Virus record (IMG/VR): IMGVR_UViG_3300021400_000095
Reading direction: 5' to 3' (one strand)
From: a virus
Lineage: Duplodnaviria > Caudoviricetes
Length of the DNA: 64,000 nt
A model generated the notes under the pieces. The model saw only the letters and a program-made list of their open reading frames with translations. It was not told where the DNA came from and searched no databases. The translations under genes were made by a program, and so were the position numbers. This document shows positions 15,044-25,441 of this stretch, piece by piece. The number at the start of each line of letters is the position of its first letter. Position 1 is the stretch's first letter.

Positions 15044-15931
15044 CTATTTTATTTCTCTTATTTTGTCCAATGTTGATTTGAAAGTCTCTTGATTTTCATT
15101 TAACCTATCTGCATAAGTTGTTTTTGTATCACTTGATTTGTAACCCATTAAATGCTTCATTCTTTCAAATTCTTCATCTAATTTAACTTTATTTGTGTGA
15201 CTTACTACATTGGCTTTGTTATTTCTCCATTCAACTAAATATATGTTACCATCACAATCCTTCATGTTAAATTTCATACCATTTTGTTTGAAATCATCAG
15301 GAATCTTACTAATCATATGATTTTCTGTGATGAACTTTGTCTTTTTATAATAAATAGTTTTAATGTTTTCATTAATTGGCTTATTTGCAGATTTTTCAGC
15401 ATCAGAAAGATGATTTATCATTTGTCTCATGTTAATACCATCTTTACTTTCATACATGCTTTCCCTATCAAAAACATCATCAGGCATTTCTCTTGCTTGT
15501 AAACCAGTTTTCTTGAAGGCTTTTTCATTCCCTTGCATTTTTTCACCAGCATCTTTTAATCCCTGATAAATGTTCTCATTATCAGAAAAATCTCCAGATT
15601 TTTCAAGACCATTGTTCATTTCTTTCTCAGAACTATAACCTTTTACTTGTGCATGCACTCTTTTCTTATACTCTGGAGTTGCATTCTCTGGATTATAGTC
15701 CAATGTGGTTTTATTTCCATCTTGCTTTTCATATTTGGCTTTCTTTTCACCAACCTCATCAGCAAGACCACCATCATAGTCTTTGGCTCTCTTTTTTGCA
15801 TCACTGTAAGCCTTACCATTGTTCTTCCTGTCTTCACTTTCAACATTTGGGCCAAGTTTTGCCTTAAACTCATTTGAACTTTCCTTGACAAGACCTTTAA
15901 TTGCTTTAACAGTCAATACCATTTCTTCCAT
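15044..15931 (-). CDS. putative head-associated/scaffold-like protein
   Basis: LTVKAIKGLVKES, PINE, LDEEFERMKHLMGY, RLNE motifs. Confidence 0.6.
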   Translation of the reverse strand: MEEMVLTVKAIKGLVKESSNEFKAKLGPNVESEDRKNNGKAYSDAKKRAKDYDGGLADEVGEKKAKYEKQDGNKTTLDYNPENATPEYKKRVHAQVKGYSSEKEMNNGLEKSGDFSDNENIYQGLKDAGEKMQGNEKAFKKTGLQAREMPDDVFDRESMYESKDGINMRQMINHLSDAEKSANKPINENIKTIYYKKTKFITENHMISKIPDDFKQNGMKFNMKDCDGNIYLVEWRNNKANVVSHTNKVKLDEEFERMKHLMGYKSSDTKTTYADRLNENQETFKSTLDKIREIK

Positions 15932-15960
15932 AGTTATTTATTTTGTATATAATTTATTTA

Positions 15961-16374
15961 TTAATTATCTCCTGTTTTATATACCAAAGTATCATCATCA
16001 TAATCATCATCAATACAACCATAAACACTATAATCACCAAACTTATTTGTTGATTCTTTTTGTTTTGCATCATTAACTGCCTCCATATATGGGTCATATG
16101 ATGGGTCTGACATATCCTTTGTATAATTTCCTAATATTGCACCATCAGATTCATCAACCAAGACATATGCATCATAATCCATGTCATCAATGATTCTTTG
16201 TCTCTCTTGTTCTGCTTCCTCTTTGGCATAATATTCCATTGCTTCATCTTCATCAGAAAAGTGCTTTCTGTAAAAATCCTCTTCATCTGGATAATCACCA
16301 TAAGATTCAACAATCTGTCTTACACTTTCCTTTACCATTTCTTTTATGTCATCTACTGTGATTTTCATTACCAA
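15961..16374 (-). CDS. acidic putative internal head protein
   Basis: MKITVDDIKEMVKESVRQIVES motif. Confidence 0.65.
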   Translation of the reverse strand: MVMKITVDDIKEMVKESVRQIVESYGDYPDEEDFYRKHFSDEDEAMEYYAKEEAEQERQRIIDDMDYDAYVLVDESDGAILGNYTKDMSDPSYDPYMEAVNDAKQKESTNKFGDYSVYGCIDDDYDDDTLVYKTGDN

Positions 16375-16571
16375 GGTATATTTCTTCTATAATTATTATA
16401 ATAACCTGAATTAAGTTCCATCCCTCTCATTAGTTGTTGCATTCTTAATTGTAACAATTTTTCATTATCTGGCTTTTCTTCACTCAATTCATTTTTTATT
16501 TTATCATTTATTTTTGATAAATCTCTTAATACATTTGGGTCAAAACTTTGACTAAATTCTTGTCTAACCAT
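16368..16571 (-). CDS. hypothetical protein
   Basis: Tightly packed ORF in minus-strand operon. Confidence 0.6.
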   Translation of the reverse strand: MVRQEFSQSFDPNVLRDLSKINDKIKNELSEEKPDNEKLLQLRMQQLMRGMELNSGYYNNYRRNIPW

Positions 16572-16572
16572 T

Positions 16573-17841
16573 TTATTTTTTAATTGATTTTGCTATCATG
16601 TTTTTGTGGTCATATGCAGGGTCTTTCTTTTTACTGAAAGGTGGAGCATCATAACCAAAATCTCCAAATCTTGTGTCCATTTCAACAGCTTCTTTTAAAT
16701 AATCAATTTGCTCTTGTGTTAAATAAACAGTTCTTTTAATTGGCTTGCCAAACAATGGCTGACAATATTGCCCTGAAGCATCTGCTGATGTTGCACCACC
16801 ACCTTCACCATCTTCATTGATAACAGATTCATGCATAGGCTCAGATGATGTGTTCCCTGTGTTTTCAATATTCATAATATTTTTATCATATTTAATAAGT
16901 GATATATCATTAAAATTCTTTTTCAAACTGCTTTTAATTTCCTTTGGGTTTTTCCAACTCTTTATGAATTCTTCATTATGATATAAAGTCCTTAATATGT
17001 TTTTAGCAAATTCAATAGCATTGTTAAATGCATCTGTAAATAATAACTCATCTTCTTTATATTTTTTGATAAAATCAATTAATACACCAACATTTGCCCA
17101 CATTAAATCACTGTTTCCACTATTATTGATTTTATTTATCAAATATTGTAATGCAAATTCACCAAACTTATCTTGATTGTCAAGTGCTGAATCATTTTCA
17201 AGAATTCCAGTTCCCCAAGCACCTTCAGTAATAGGACTAATTTTAATTGTAACATCATAAACATCATCCAATGTATCAATATTAACATCATTTATATATA
17301 CATTGTTTTCTTTTGACATGTTTTTGATGTCTTTTCCAATTTTTACTAATTCATCAGATAAACCCCATCCATTCTTACCAAAACTATATTTAATCTCATC
17401 ACCATCTTTTTCCTTTTTTATTTCTGATGGAAGTTCATTTGCATTCATTTCATTTAATTGATTACCTTCTATAATATGTGATTCAAATGTGTTTATGTAA
17501 AGATTTCTCATCTTTTTCATGTAATCTTTTCTTGGTAATTTGTATTTAATATGAAATTTATCCTTCCCTGTACTATTACCATCTTCATCAACATCAGGCT
17601 TAATCCTTTCAGTCCTAATTAAAATTGCACTGTTTTCATCTGATGGGTCACTTCTCTTTAACAATAATTCCAATGCCTTTGGACTGTCAATACCATGTGC
17701 TAATAGATACCTATCAACACTTGCTGACTTTGGACTTGTCAACAATTGCTTAATAAAATATTCCATATGAGATATGAAACCATATCTTGTCATTTCATCA
17801 TTCTCTGGAATATATGATTCTATTAAACCCATATAATTCAT
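16573..17841 (-). CDS. multidomain putative virion protein with internal DUF4259-like domain
   Basis: GAWGTGILENDSALD motif; LNE/INE linkers; VYLTQEQIDYLKE. Confidence 0.6.
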   Translation of the reverse strand: MNYMGLIESYIPENDEMTRYGFISHMEYFIKQLLTSPKSASVDRYLLAHGIDSPKALELLLKRSDPSDENSAILIRTERIKPDVDEDGNSTGKDKFHIKYKLPRKDYMKKMRNLYINTFESHIIEGNQLNEMNANELPSEIKKEKDGDEIKYSFGKNGWGLSDELVKIGKDIKNMSKENNVYINDVNIDTLDDVYDVTIKISPITEGAWGTGILENDSALDNQDKFGEFALQYLINKINNSGNSDLMWANVGVLIDFIKKYKEDELLFTDAFNNAIEFAKNILRTLYHNEEFIKSWKNPKEIKSSLKKNFNDISLIKYDKNIMNIENTGNTSSEPMHESVINEDGEGGGATSADASGQYCQPLFGKPIKRTVYLTQEQIDYLKEAVEMDTRFGDFGYDAPPFSKKKDPAYDHKNMIAKSIKK

Positions 17842-17843
17842 GA

Positions 17844-18101
17844 CTATTTCTGTATTTCACTTTGATAAAATGCACTCCTTTGCCACAATGTCCTAAACAA
17901 TGTGTCAACTGATTTTGCTACTATCTTCTTAACTTGTTTTTCAAGTTCTTTATCATTCTTAATAGCATCTTTTGCAATATCTTTGACCTTTTTATTGAAT
18001 TCCTGATTCTTTAATATGTCATCAATATTGCCCTCAGTAATGATTCCTTCCATTACTAATTTCTTAGCCATTGATTCTGAAACAATTACCTTTTTAGCCA
18101 T
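17844..18101 (-). CDS. small putative virion-internal protein
   Basis: MAKKVIVSESMAKKLVME; first gene after an ACTATTTAT motif. Confidence 0.65.
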   Translation of the reverse strand: MAKKVIVSESMAKKLVMEGIITEGNIDDILKNQEFNKKVKDIAKDAIKNDKELEKQVKKIVAKSVDTLFRTLWQRSAFYQSEIQK

Positions 18102-18266
18102 TTTTGTATATTTTTATTCATAGATAAATAGTTTTATTATCTAAAAAAGACTTAATTATTTGCTTTTCTTAGTTTTATTTTGTATTTTTGAATTGTCAAA
18201 ATATTATTATAAAATAATATGCTTTTGGCATGATTTTTGATAATGAATAAGGAAAATAATTTTTAT

Positions 18267-19859
18267 ATGAAAGAAATGTTTAAAATATCTGAAAATGCAA
18301 ATCCAAACTACCTTGCATTGATTACTAAAATTGGTGAAACCCATCCAATTGAAGGTGCTGATAGGCTTCTTAGAACCACTGTTAATGGTTTTGACATTGT
18401 TGTTGGTAATAACATGAAAGAAGGGGATATTGTTGTATATGTTCCTGTGGAATCTGCACTTTCTGAAAAGTTCCTTTCTACAAATAACTTGTATGAACTT
18501 GATGAATGGCAAAAAAATGCCAATGCATCTGAAATTGGTGTTCTTTATACCAAACTTAATGAACTTAAGTCTGAAGGTAAAAAGGATGAAGCAGATGCTG
18601 TTTATAAGGAAATTAAATCTAAGGTTGGATATTTTACCAATAAGAATAGGGTTAGAATTATTAACCTTAGAGGTTGCCCTTCTAATGGCTTTGTTGCTGG
18701 TGTTGATTCTCTTGTAAAATATAATTCTGAACTTGCTAATTCTAACTGGGAAGAACTTGTTGGAACTTATTTTAATTATGTAGGTGATGATGAGTTTTGT
18801 AAGAAATACATCCCTACTATCAAAGATAATAATGTTCCTCAAAATAATAGGAAAGGTACTAAAAAAGCACAAAAGAAACTGCAAAGGTTTGATAGACTTG
18901 TCCCTGGTCAGTATGAATTCCATTATGACACAATCAGACTTGATGCAACCAATATGCAAACTTTTATTCAACCAACTGATACTGTAACTATTACAGTAAA
19001 GGTACATGGTGCTCTTGCTGAAATGGCAAATGTTCTTATTAATAAGAAACTTTCTGTTTGGGAGAAAATTAAGAAATTCATTGGTTTTCATGTTGAAACC
19101 ACTGAATATGGAAATGTCTATTCTTCACATAAGGTAATCAAAAATAGATATATTAATAAGGGTGAAATTAATAATTTCTATGGTGCTGACATTTGGGGTT
19201 GTGTAAATAGGGACTTTGGTAAGTACCTTTCTGAAGGCATGACTGTTTATGGTGAGGTTGCTGGTTATGTTGAAGGCTCTGATAAAATGATTCAAAAAAA
19301 TCATGACTATGGTTGTAAGCCTGGTTGTTGGAAATTCATGCCTTATAGAATTACTGAAACTGACAAATATGGTAATTCAAGAGAATGGAACATTTCTGAA
19401 ATTTTTAAGTGGACCATTGATTTAATGGTTGCTCACCCTGAACTTGAAGATAAAATTCTTCCTATTAAGATACTTTATCATGGAAGAATTTGTGACTTGT
19501 ACCCTGATATTGAAATTGATGAAAAATGGTATAGTAATTTCCTTGAAAGACTTCATAATGATAAGAACTTCTATATGGAGTTAAAGGAACCCATGTGCCA
19601 TCTTTATGAGGAAGAAGCAAATGCAGCAAAGAAAGCACTTGATAAGGCAATTGCTGATGGTGAATCAAAGAAAATCATTGCTAAACTTGAAAAAGAGTTT
19701 AACAAATGGGAAGATATGAGAGCACCAAGGGAAGGTGTTGTTATTAGAATTGATAATGATGCCAAGGCAGAAGCTTTTAAAGTTAAGACTAATGCCCACT
19801 ACGGGGTTGAATGTGCACAACATGATGCTGGTGAAGTTGATATTGAGGAAATTTCATAA
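18267..19859 (+). CDS. ATP-dependent RNA ligase (Rnl2/DRB0094-like) with N-terminal OB/tRNA-binding domain
   Basis: HPIEGADRL OB motif; motif I TVKVHG, YGEVAG, REGVVIR, FKVK. Confidence 0.85.
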   Translation: MKEMFKISENANPNYLALITKIGETHPIEGADRLLRTTVNGFDIVVGNNMKEGDIVVYVPVESALSEKFLSTNNLYELDEWQKNANASEIGVLYTKLNELKSEGKKDEADAVYKEIKSKVGYFTNKNRVRIINLRGCPSNGFVAGVDSLVKYNSELANSNWEELVGTYFNYVGDDEFCKKYIPTIKDNNVPQNNRKGTKKAQKKLQRFDRLVPGQYEFHYDTIRLDATNMQTFIQPTDTVTITVKVHGALAEMANVLINKKLSVWEKIKKFIGFHVETTEYGNVYSSHKVIKNRYINKGEINNFYGADIWGCVNRDFGKYLSEGMTVYGEVAGYVEGSDKMIQKNHDYGCKPGCWKFMPYRITETDKYGNSREWNISEIFKWTIDLMVAHPELEDKILPIKILYHGRICDLYPDIEIDEKWYSNFLERLHNDKNFYMELKEPMCHLYEEEANAAKKALDKAIADGESKKIIAKLEKEFNKWEDMRAPREGVVIRIDNDAKAEAFKVKTNAHYGVECAQHDAGEVDIEEIS

Positions 19860-20065
19860 TGAAAAGGGTTGTTAAATATATTCCAGTTGACCCATATTAT
19901 TCTGAACAAACTCAGACCTATATTGGGTCAACTGCTTCTGAAGTTGATAATATTCAATATGAAACTGAAGAATTTATGGCAAGAAATCATACAAATTTGG
20001 GTATGATTTATAAAACTGAAACAATTTTTGACAATACAAATGAGTTTGGCATGAATTTTGATTAA
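19859..20065 (+). CDS. hypothetical protein
   Basis: TAATG-coupled to the ligase. Confidence 0.65.
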   Translation: MKRVVKYIPVDPYYSEQTQTYIGSTASEVDNIQYETEEFMARNHTNLGMIYKTETIFDNTNEFGMNFD

Positions 20066-20119
20066 GTTAAAATAGAAAATTAACAAATACATTATTAACA
20101 ACAAAAAAAAATTAGAACA

Positions 20120-20974
20120 ATGGCAGATACAATGCTTTCTTTTAGTAGGAATCTTAGTTCCACTTTTCTTACTGAGGATGAACTTAAGAAGATTTGTCCT
20201 ATGGCTTTTAAGACTGAGCCTACCAACCCTGATGTTTCTGACAAGTACACTATGGCAACCACTATGGATGTTGTAAATGACATGGCACAGATTGGTTGGT
20301 TTCCAACTCAGGCAAAGCAGTGCAGGGGAAAGAAGAATTCAAAGGGGATTAGGAGTTATCATATGATTTCTTTTCAAAATCCTGATATTAAGATTTTGAA
20401 GGATGGTGAAATTGAAGCCTATCCAACCATTATTTTGCAGAACTCTCATGATGGTTTCAGTTCTTTTAAGTTTATGTGTGGCCTCTATCGGCTAGTATGT
20501 AGCAACGGATTAATTTTGGCTGATGCTGAATATGCAAGTGTTTCCATTAGACATATCAATTACAATTTTGAAGAACTCAGGCATGTTATTAATGACATTG
20601 TTGAAAAACTTCCTGAAAAGATTGCTGTAATTAATAAGATGAAGTCAACTGAACTTACTGAGGAACAGAAGACTGAGTTTGCAACCAATGTTATTAAGGT
20701 TAGAAAAGATATCCCCATTGAAAAGGAGATTGAGGTTAGTAATGACACTATTACTGACATTTTAACACCTATTAGGAAAGAAGATGAAGGTAACAATTTG
20801 TGGGCAATCTACAATGTTCTTCAGGAGAAGATTATCAATGGATATTTCTCTTATGCCAAGGATGAAAGAACCAAAGCAAGGAAGATGAGGAAGATTACCA
20901 GCCCTATTAAGGACATTAATATTAACTGTGAATTGTTTAAACTGGCCAGTAACTACATGAATGTTGCTGCATAA
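20120..20974 (+). CDS. DUF932/DUF945 family protein
   Basis: ILQNSHDGFSSF...GLYRLVCSNGLI, NLWAIYNVLQE. Confidence 0.88.
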   Translation: MADTMLSFSRNLSSTFLTEDELKKICPMAFKTEPTNPDVSDKYTMATTMDVVNDMAQIGWFPTQAKQCRGKKNSKGIRSYHMISFQNPDIKILKDGEIEAYPTIILQNSHDGFSSFKFMCGLYRLVCSNGLILADAEYASVSIRHINYNFEELRHVINDIVEKLPEKIAVINKMKSTELTEEQKTEFATNVIKVRKDIPIEKEIEVSNDTITDILTPIRKEDEGNNLWAIYNVLQEKIINGYFSYAKDERTKARKMRKITSPIKDININCELFKLASNYMNVAA

Positions 20975-20986
20975 ATATAAATTAAT

Positions 20987-21271
20987 ATGAGTGATTTGCT
21001 AAATAAGAAATTTTTTAAGCACAAGAAGTTGAATACATTTTATCTCAAAAGGTTCAAGACTGAATCAAAGAGTAATTTTCAGGTTTGGAAGAAAAATGGT
21101 AAATATTATGTTGCAATAGGTGTAATATCTGTTGGTGACAGTCTTTATGCTGAAGAAACCATTGATTATGGGACTAACATTATTGAAGCAAGGAAGTATT
21201 GTGATGAACTTAGGCAAAATTATATCTTAAATGAAGTAAAAAGATATAAGAATTTAAAGAAAGTATATTAA
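20987..21271 (+). CDS. hypothetical protein
   Basis: ORF in operon context. Confidence 0.65.
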   Translation: MSDLLNKKFFKHKKLNTFYLKRFKTESKSNFQVWKKNGKYYVAIGVISVGDSLYAEETIDYGTNIIEARKYCDELRQNYILNEVKRYKNLKKVY

Positions 21272-22533
21272 TGATAGAAAAGTTATTTAAAATAAACATA
21301 TGTGAAAAACATCCTGAATATTGTTCCATTGAATATTTATGGGACAATATTTGGTCTATACCTGAGTTTGCAATTTTAAAGACATGTGAACAAAATCCAA
21401 AATGGCATGGTGAAGGAAATGTTATGAACCACACTGCACTTGTCATAAAGCATGCACTTCAAATTGTGAACAATGATATGACCTATGATGGTATTCATAT
21501 TAATGGATATTTGGATGCTGAAAGCAATCATAAAAGAAATGAATTTGAAACTGTTTGGCTTGACAAGAAGCATTTCAATGATACATTAATTTTGCTTACA
21601 GCAGCATTGTTTCATGATATTGGCAAAGGTGTAACAACCAGGCTTGGAAAAGATGGAAATTATCATTCATATAATCATGAATTTGAGGGTGAAAAACTTA
21701 CCAGATTACTTTTATGGGATGAAAACATTCATTTTAGGGAAGCAGTTTGTTCATTGGTTAAATACCATATGATGCCATTAAGTCTTTTTAATAGTAAAGA
21801 TTATTTGGAAAAAATTGTACAAATTTCACATAATGTTCCATCTTGGGAATTATTATTGAAATTAAAGTCATGTGATTTGGAAGGTTCCTTACAGGAGGAT
21901 AATCTTTTAAAGGAAAGGGACACCTTATATTTATCTGAATTGGTAGATATCACAACAAATATTAATTTCAAAGGTTTTCCATCAAAGAGACATTATGGTA
22001 TCAAGTATTATGAAAGAAACACCAAAAAACCATTGGATATTTATATTTTGATTGGGCTTTCAGGTGCTGGTAAAAATACTTTTATCAACAATATATTTGA
22101 AGATGATGTTGTTGCCATTAATGGCAAAGTTATAAAGAAACTTGACAAAGATAATACTACCATTATTTCAAGGGATGATATTAGGATTAAACTTGGATAT
22201 TGTTCTGAGAATGAAAAAATTGTTGGCACTACTGAACAGGAAAATAAGGTATCAGAAGTTTTCAATGAAGAAGTTCTATCTGCTGCAAAAGAAGGAAAAA
22301 CAATTATCATTAATAATATTAATTTAAAGAAGGAATATAGGTCACAGATAATAAACATGTTTTCAAACTATTGTTTGACAATAAATTATGTTTATATACA
22401 GGCAGACAAACTACAAAAGAATTTTGATAGAAGAGAAGGTCAAATGAACTCAGATTCAATTATTAGACAAATAAAGAATTTTGATTGGCCAGATTTCTAT
22501 GAATATGATAAATTTTACATTCTCACAAATTAA
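21271..22533 (+). CDS. HD-domain phosphohydrolase fused to P-loop (AAA_33/PNK-like) kinase
   Basis: QNPKWHGEGNVMNHT, FHDIGK, HM; GLSGAGKNT Walker A, SRDDIR. Confidence 0.88.
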   Translation: MIEKLFKINICEKHPEYCSIEYLWDNIWSIPEFAILKTCEQNPKWHGEGNVMNHTALVIKHALQIVNNDMTYDGIHINGYLDAESNHKRNEFETVWLDKKHFNDTLILLTAALFHDIGKGVTTRLGKDGNYHSYNHEFEGEKLTRLLLWDENIHFREAVCSLVKYHMMPLSLFNSKDYLEKIVQISHNVPSWELLLKLKSCDLEGSLQEDNLLKERDTLYLSELVDITTNINFKGFPSKRHYGIKYYERNTKKPLDIYILIGLSGAGKNTFINNIFEDDVVAINGKVIKKLDKDNTTIISRDDIRIKLGYCSENEKIVGTTEQENKVSEVFNEEVLSAAKEGKTIIINNINLKKEYRSQIINMFSNYCLTINYVYIQADKLQKNFDRREGQMNSDSIIRQIKNFDWPDFYEYDKFYILTN

Positions 22534-22599
22534 TTTGTGAGAATTTTTTTTTTATTTTTGGCATATTTTTTGTATATTTGTAAAAAGGTACAATATAAT

Positions 22600-23580
22600 A
22601 TGGATGAAATTAGTTTAATACAAAAAATAGGTGGAAATACAACACCAAATGACATACTTGAAATTGAAAATAAAGTCATTAAATTAGTTGAGGAAAGGGG
22701 TGTTGCACCTTTTCCTTACAAAAACATTATTAGTTCTATTGTAGAATATATTAAAAAAGAAACAAATTTAAATAAACCAACAGCAACAGTTGGGGAAAAG
22801 AAGCTTTACATACCATATGAGATTACCAGTAAAATTGATTTTATTGATAATTTAAATATTGAGGTTAATGTGGAATATACTACTGATGAGAAAAAACTTA
22901 GCAATTCAGGTGGTGGTATTACACATTTTTCCACAAGACCTAGAATGGTTAATGGAAAACTTGACAATATTACAATTGTAATACATTGTTTATCAATGTA
23001 TGGGTATTTGTTAGAAAGAACATTGTATAATTCATTATATCATGAAATACATCATGCATATGAAGCATATTTAGATTTAAAGAAAAATGGATATTATAAA
23101 AGATGGCTCAACCAAGTCAAGAAATCTAATATTAATGTTACTGATATTTTTAATAATAATGAAGACAATAATTTGTTTAATATAATATTATATAGGTTAT
23201 TTTCTGAAACTGAATTTAATGCACTTATTTCAGGCTTATATGGTGATTTAAAAGGATTTCATTCAATTAGGCAAAACTTTCAAAAAGATATTAAAAATAC
23301 ACAAGCATATTATATTTACTATTTAATCAGTCAAAATTATAAAGCACTTTATGCAAAAATAAATGACAGTAATATTAGTAAAGTTAAAAATTTATTGGTT
23401 GACCATGGGATTATATTAAATCCATATAATAATTCAACAGCAAGTTATGTTAAAGAACTTTCAAGAAAAACAAATTATTTGTTAAAGGATTTAATTAAAG
23501 GTATTGGAAGGGCTGCTTCATTATATTATGATAATCAAGAGGAAAAATTTCCAGATAAAAATATTAAAATAGAAAATTAA
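22600..23580 (+). CDS. HExxH putative metallopeptidase
   Basis: LYHEIHHAYE and downstream ETEFNA. Confidence 0.6.
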   Translation: MDEISLIQKIGGNTTPNDILEIENKVIKLVEERGVAPFPYKNIISSIVEYIKKETNLNKPTATVGEKKLYIPYEITSKIDFIDNLNIEVNVEYTTDEKKLSNSGGGITHFSTRPRMVNGKLDNITIVIHCLSMYGYLLERTLYNSLYHEIHHAYEAYLDLKKNGYYKRWLNQVKKSNINVTDIFNNNEDNNLFNIILYRLFSETEFNALISGLYGDLKGFHSIRQNFQKDIKNTQAYYIYYLISQNYKALYAKINDSNISKVKNLLVDHGIILNPYNNSTASYVKELSRKTNYLLKDLIKGIGRAASLYYDNQEEKFPDKNIKIEN

Positions 23581-23582
23581 AT

Positions 23583-24014
23583 ATGGATAAAAATTGGCAA
23601 TATTATGGTGTTTTCTTTTCTGATAAAGTAAAGGAACTTTTATATAGGAAAGCAAGTCAATATCTTGACCTTCCTTTTATGTTTGAAAACTATTATTTTG
23701 ATATTGATACATGGAAGAAATATTGTGACCATGTAACAATTGTATATAATGATGGAAACCCTGAAAAACAAAAAATTGCAGAAGGACTTGACCTATTTGT
23801 AGGTAATGAGGCTTCTATGATGGTAACACATTTGGGTGTATCTGATAGAGCAGTTGCTTTTAAAGTTGATTATAAAACAACAAATAAGATTTCACATGTA
23901 ACTGTTGCAGTTGCTCCTGGTGCAAAACCTGTTGAAAGCAATTATATTACTGATTGGGAAGAAATTGATGTTTTTTATATTAGTGGCAAAATTAATAAAG
24001 TTTTAAAGAAATGA
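23583..24014 (+). CDS. 2H phosphoesterase (cyclic phosphodiesterase)
   Basis: Two HVT motifs; HVTVAVAPGAKPVESN resembles the fungal tRNA-ligase CPDase domain. Confidence 0.8.
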   Translation: MDKNWQYYGVFFSDKVKELLYRKASQYLDLPFMFENYYFDIDTWKKYCDHVTIVYNDGNPEKQKIAEGLDLFVGNEASMMVTHLGVSDRAVAFKVDYKTTNKISHVTVAVAPGAKPVESNYITDWEEIDVFYISGKINKVLKK

Positions 24015-25273
24015 CAATAAATATCTATAAAGAAATCCTTAAAGAACTAAAGAACATAATTACAGGTACTGAATGGGAAAATCATATTTTTTCTGTTGGT
24101 GGTTGTAATAGGGATTATATTATGGGAAATGAAATTAAAGACATTGATTTTGTTTGTGATTTGCCAAATGGTGGTATTAATTTTGCAAAATGGCTCAAAG
24201 AAAATGAATATGTCAATAATAGCATTGTTGTTTATGAAAATTTTGGAACTGCAATGTTTCATTTAAATAAATTTCCTGATATTGAACTTGAAGTTGTTCA
24301 TACAAGAAAAGAATGTTATCATGATGCAAAGACAAGAAATCCTGAAACTTCTTTTGGCACACTTCTTGAAGATTGGGAAAGAAGGGACTTTACAATTAAT
24401 GCAATATATTACAACATTAGTAAAGGTGAATTTTTAGATTTTAAAGATAGAGGTAAAACTGACATTGAAAAGAAAATAATTAGAACCTGTAGTTTAAACC
24501 CTGATATAGTTTTTACTGAAGACCCTTTAAGAATTCTAAGAATGGTTAGATTTGCTACAAAACTGGGGTTTGAAATTGATAATAATACTTTTAGTAGTGC
24601 TAAAAAGAATACAAACAGGTTATCAATTATTAGTAAAGAAAGGATTCAGGATGAACTTAATAAAATGCTTACTTCTGGTAATGCAGATTATGCAATGAAA
24701 CTTATATATGATTTAGGTGCTGATGAATATATTTTTAATTCAAAAATTGATTGCCCTGAGCAAATAATTAAATCTCTGAAAAACTATAAGTTACTGCCAA
24801 ACTGTGATGTAAAAAATCTTGAAGCCAATTTGACTATTATATATAGTTTCTATCCTGATGTAGAAGATAAAATGAAATATCTCAAATATTCAAATGAAAT
24901 AATTTATTTGGTTATGTTTTATTTTGATTTATTTGATGATATTAATTTATCAAGAATGACACCATCAGGAATTAGAAAAATACAATATAACAGCAAAACA
25001 TTTAATAATTTAATAAATGCCTGTAATATTGCTACTGCTGTCCTTAACACACCAAATGTTAATAAAGTATTGGAAAGCACTAATAAAATGATGAAAGCTG
25101 GCATAGCAATGTTTAATTATAAACTTCCTGTTGATGGAAATGATGTTATGAGAGTGCTTCATATTAAACCATCACCAGTTGTAAAAACAAAATTGGATTT
25201 CCTGTTAAATCAGGCTTTTATTAATCCATTCCTTAGTAAATCTGATTGCGAATTATTGTTAGAACTAAATTAA
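24011..25273 (+). CDS. cca: CCA tRNA nucleotidyltransferase (class II)
   Basis: VGGCNRD, DIDF, FGT, RRDFTINA, EDPLRILR, SKERI motifs. Confidence 0.9.
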   Translation: MTINIYKEILKELKNIITGTEWENHIFSVGGCNRDYIMGNEIKDIDFVCDLPNGGINFAKWLKENEYVNNSIVVYENFGTAMFHLNKFPDIELEVVHTRKECYHDAKTRNPETSFGTLLEDWERRDFTINAIYYNISKGEFLDFKDRGKTDIEKKIIRTCSLNPDIVFTEDPLRILRMVRFATKLGFEIDNNTFSSAKKNTNRLSIISKERIQDELNKMLTSGNADYAMKLIYDLGADEYIFNSKIDCPEQIIKSLKNYKLLPNCDVKNLEANLTIIYSFYPDVEDKMKYLKYSNEIIYLVMFYFDLFDDINLSRMTPSGIRKIQYNSKTFNNLINACNIATAVLNTPNVNKVLESTNKMMKAGIAMFNYKLPVDGNDVMRVLHIKPSPVVKTKLDFLLNQAFINPFLSKSDCELLLELN

Positions 25274-25280
25274 TAATATT

Positions 25281-25439
25281 ATGACTAGTAATACTAATGA
25301 AACTTTATTAAAAAATACCTATCAAGTTGGAAACTCTGTTTTTAACTCCTATGAAGAAGCATTATGCTATTTAATGAAAGAAAAAAATTATACAACTAAT
25401 GCAACAGAAATAATAATAAATACTGAATACTATTATTGA
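25281..25439 (+). CDS. small hypothetical protein (52 aa)
   Basis: Translated by hand: MTSNTNETLLKNTYQVG...; fills gap. Confidence 0.5.
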   Translation: MTSNTNETLLKNTYQVGNSVFNSYEEALCYLMKEKNYTTNATEIIINTEYYY

Positions 25440-25441
25440 TT

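Noticed and set aside
18207-19091. 294-aa antisense ORF (and similar 8094-8528, 43577-44239, 56430-56855)
   Set aside because: Antisense shadows of well-supported genes with no motifs.
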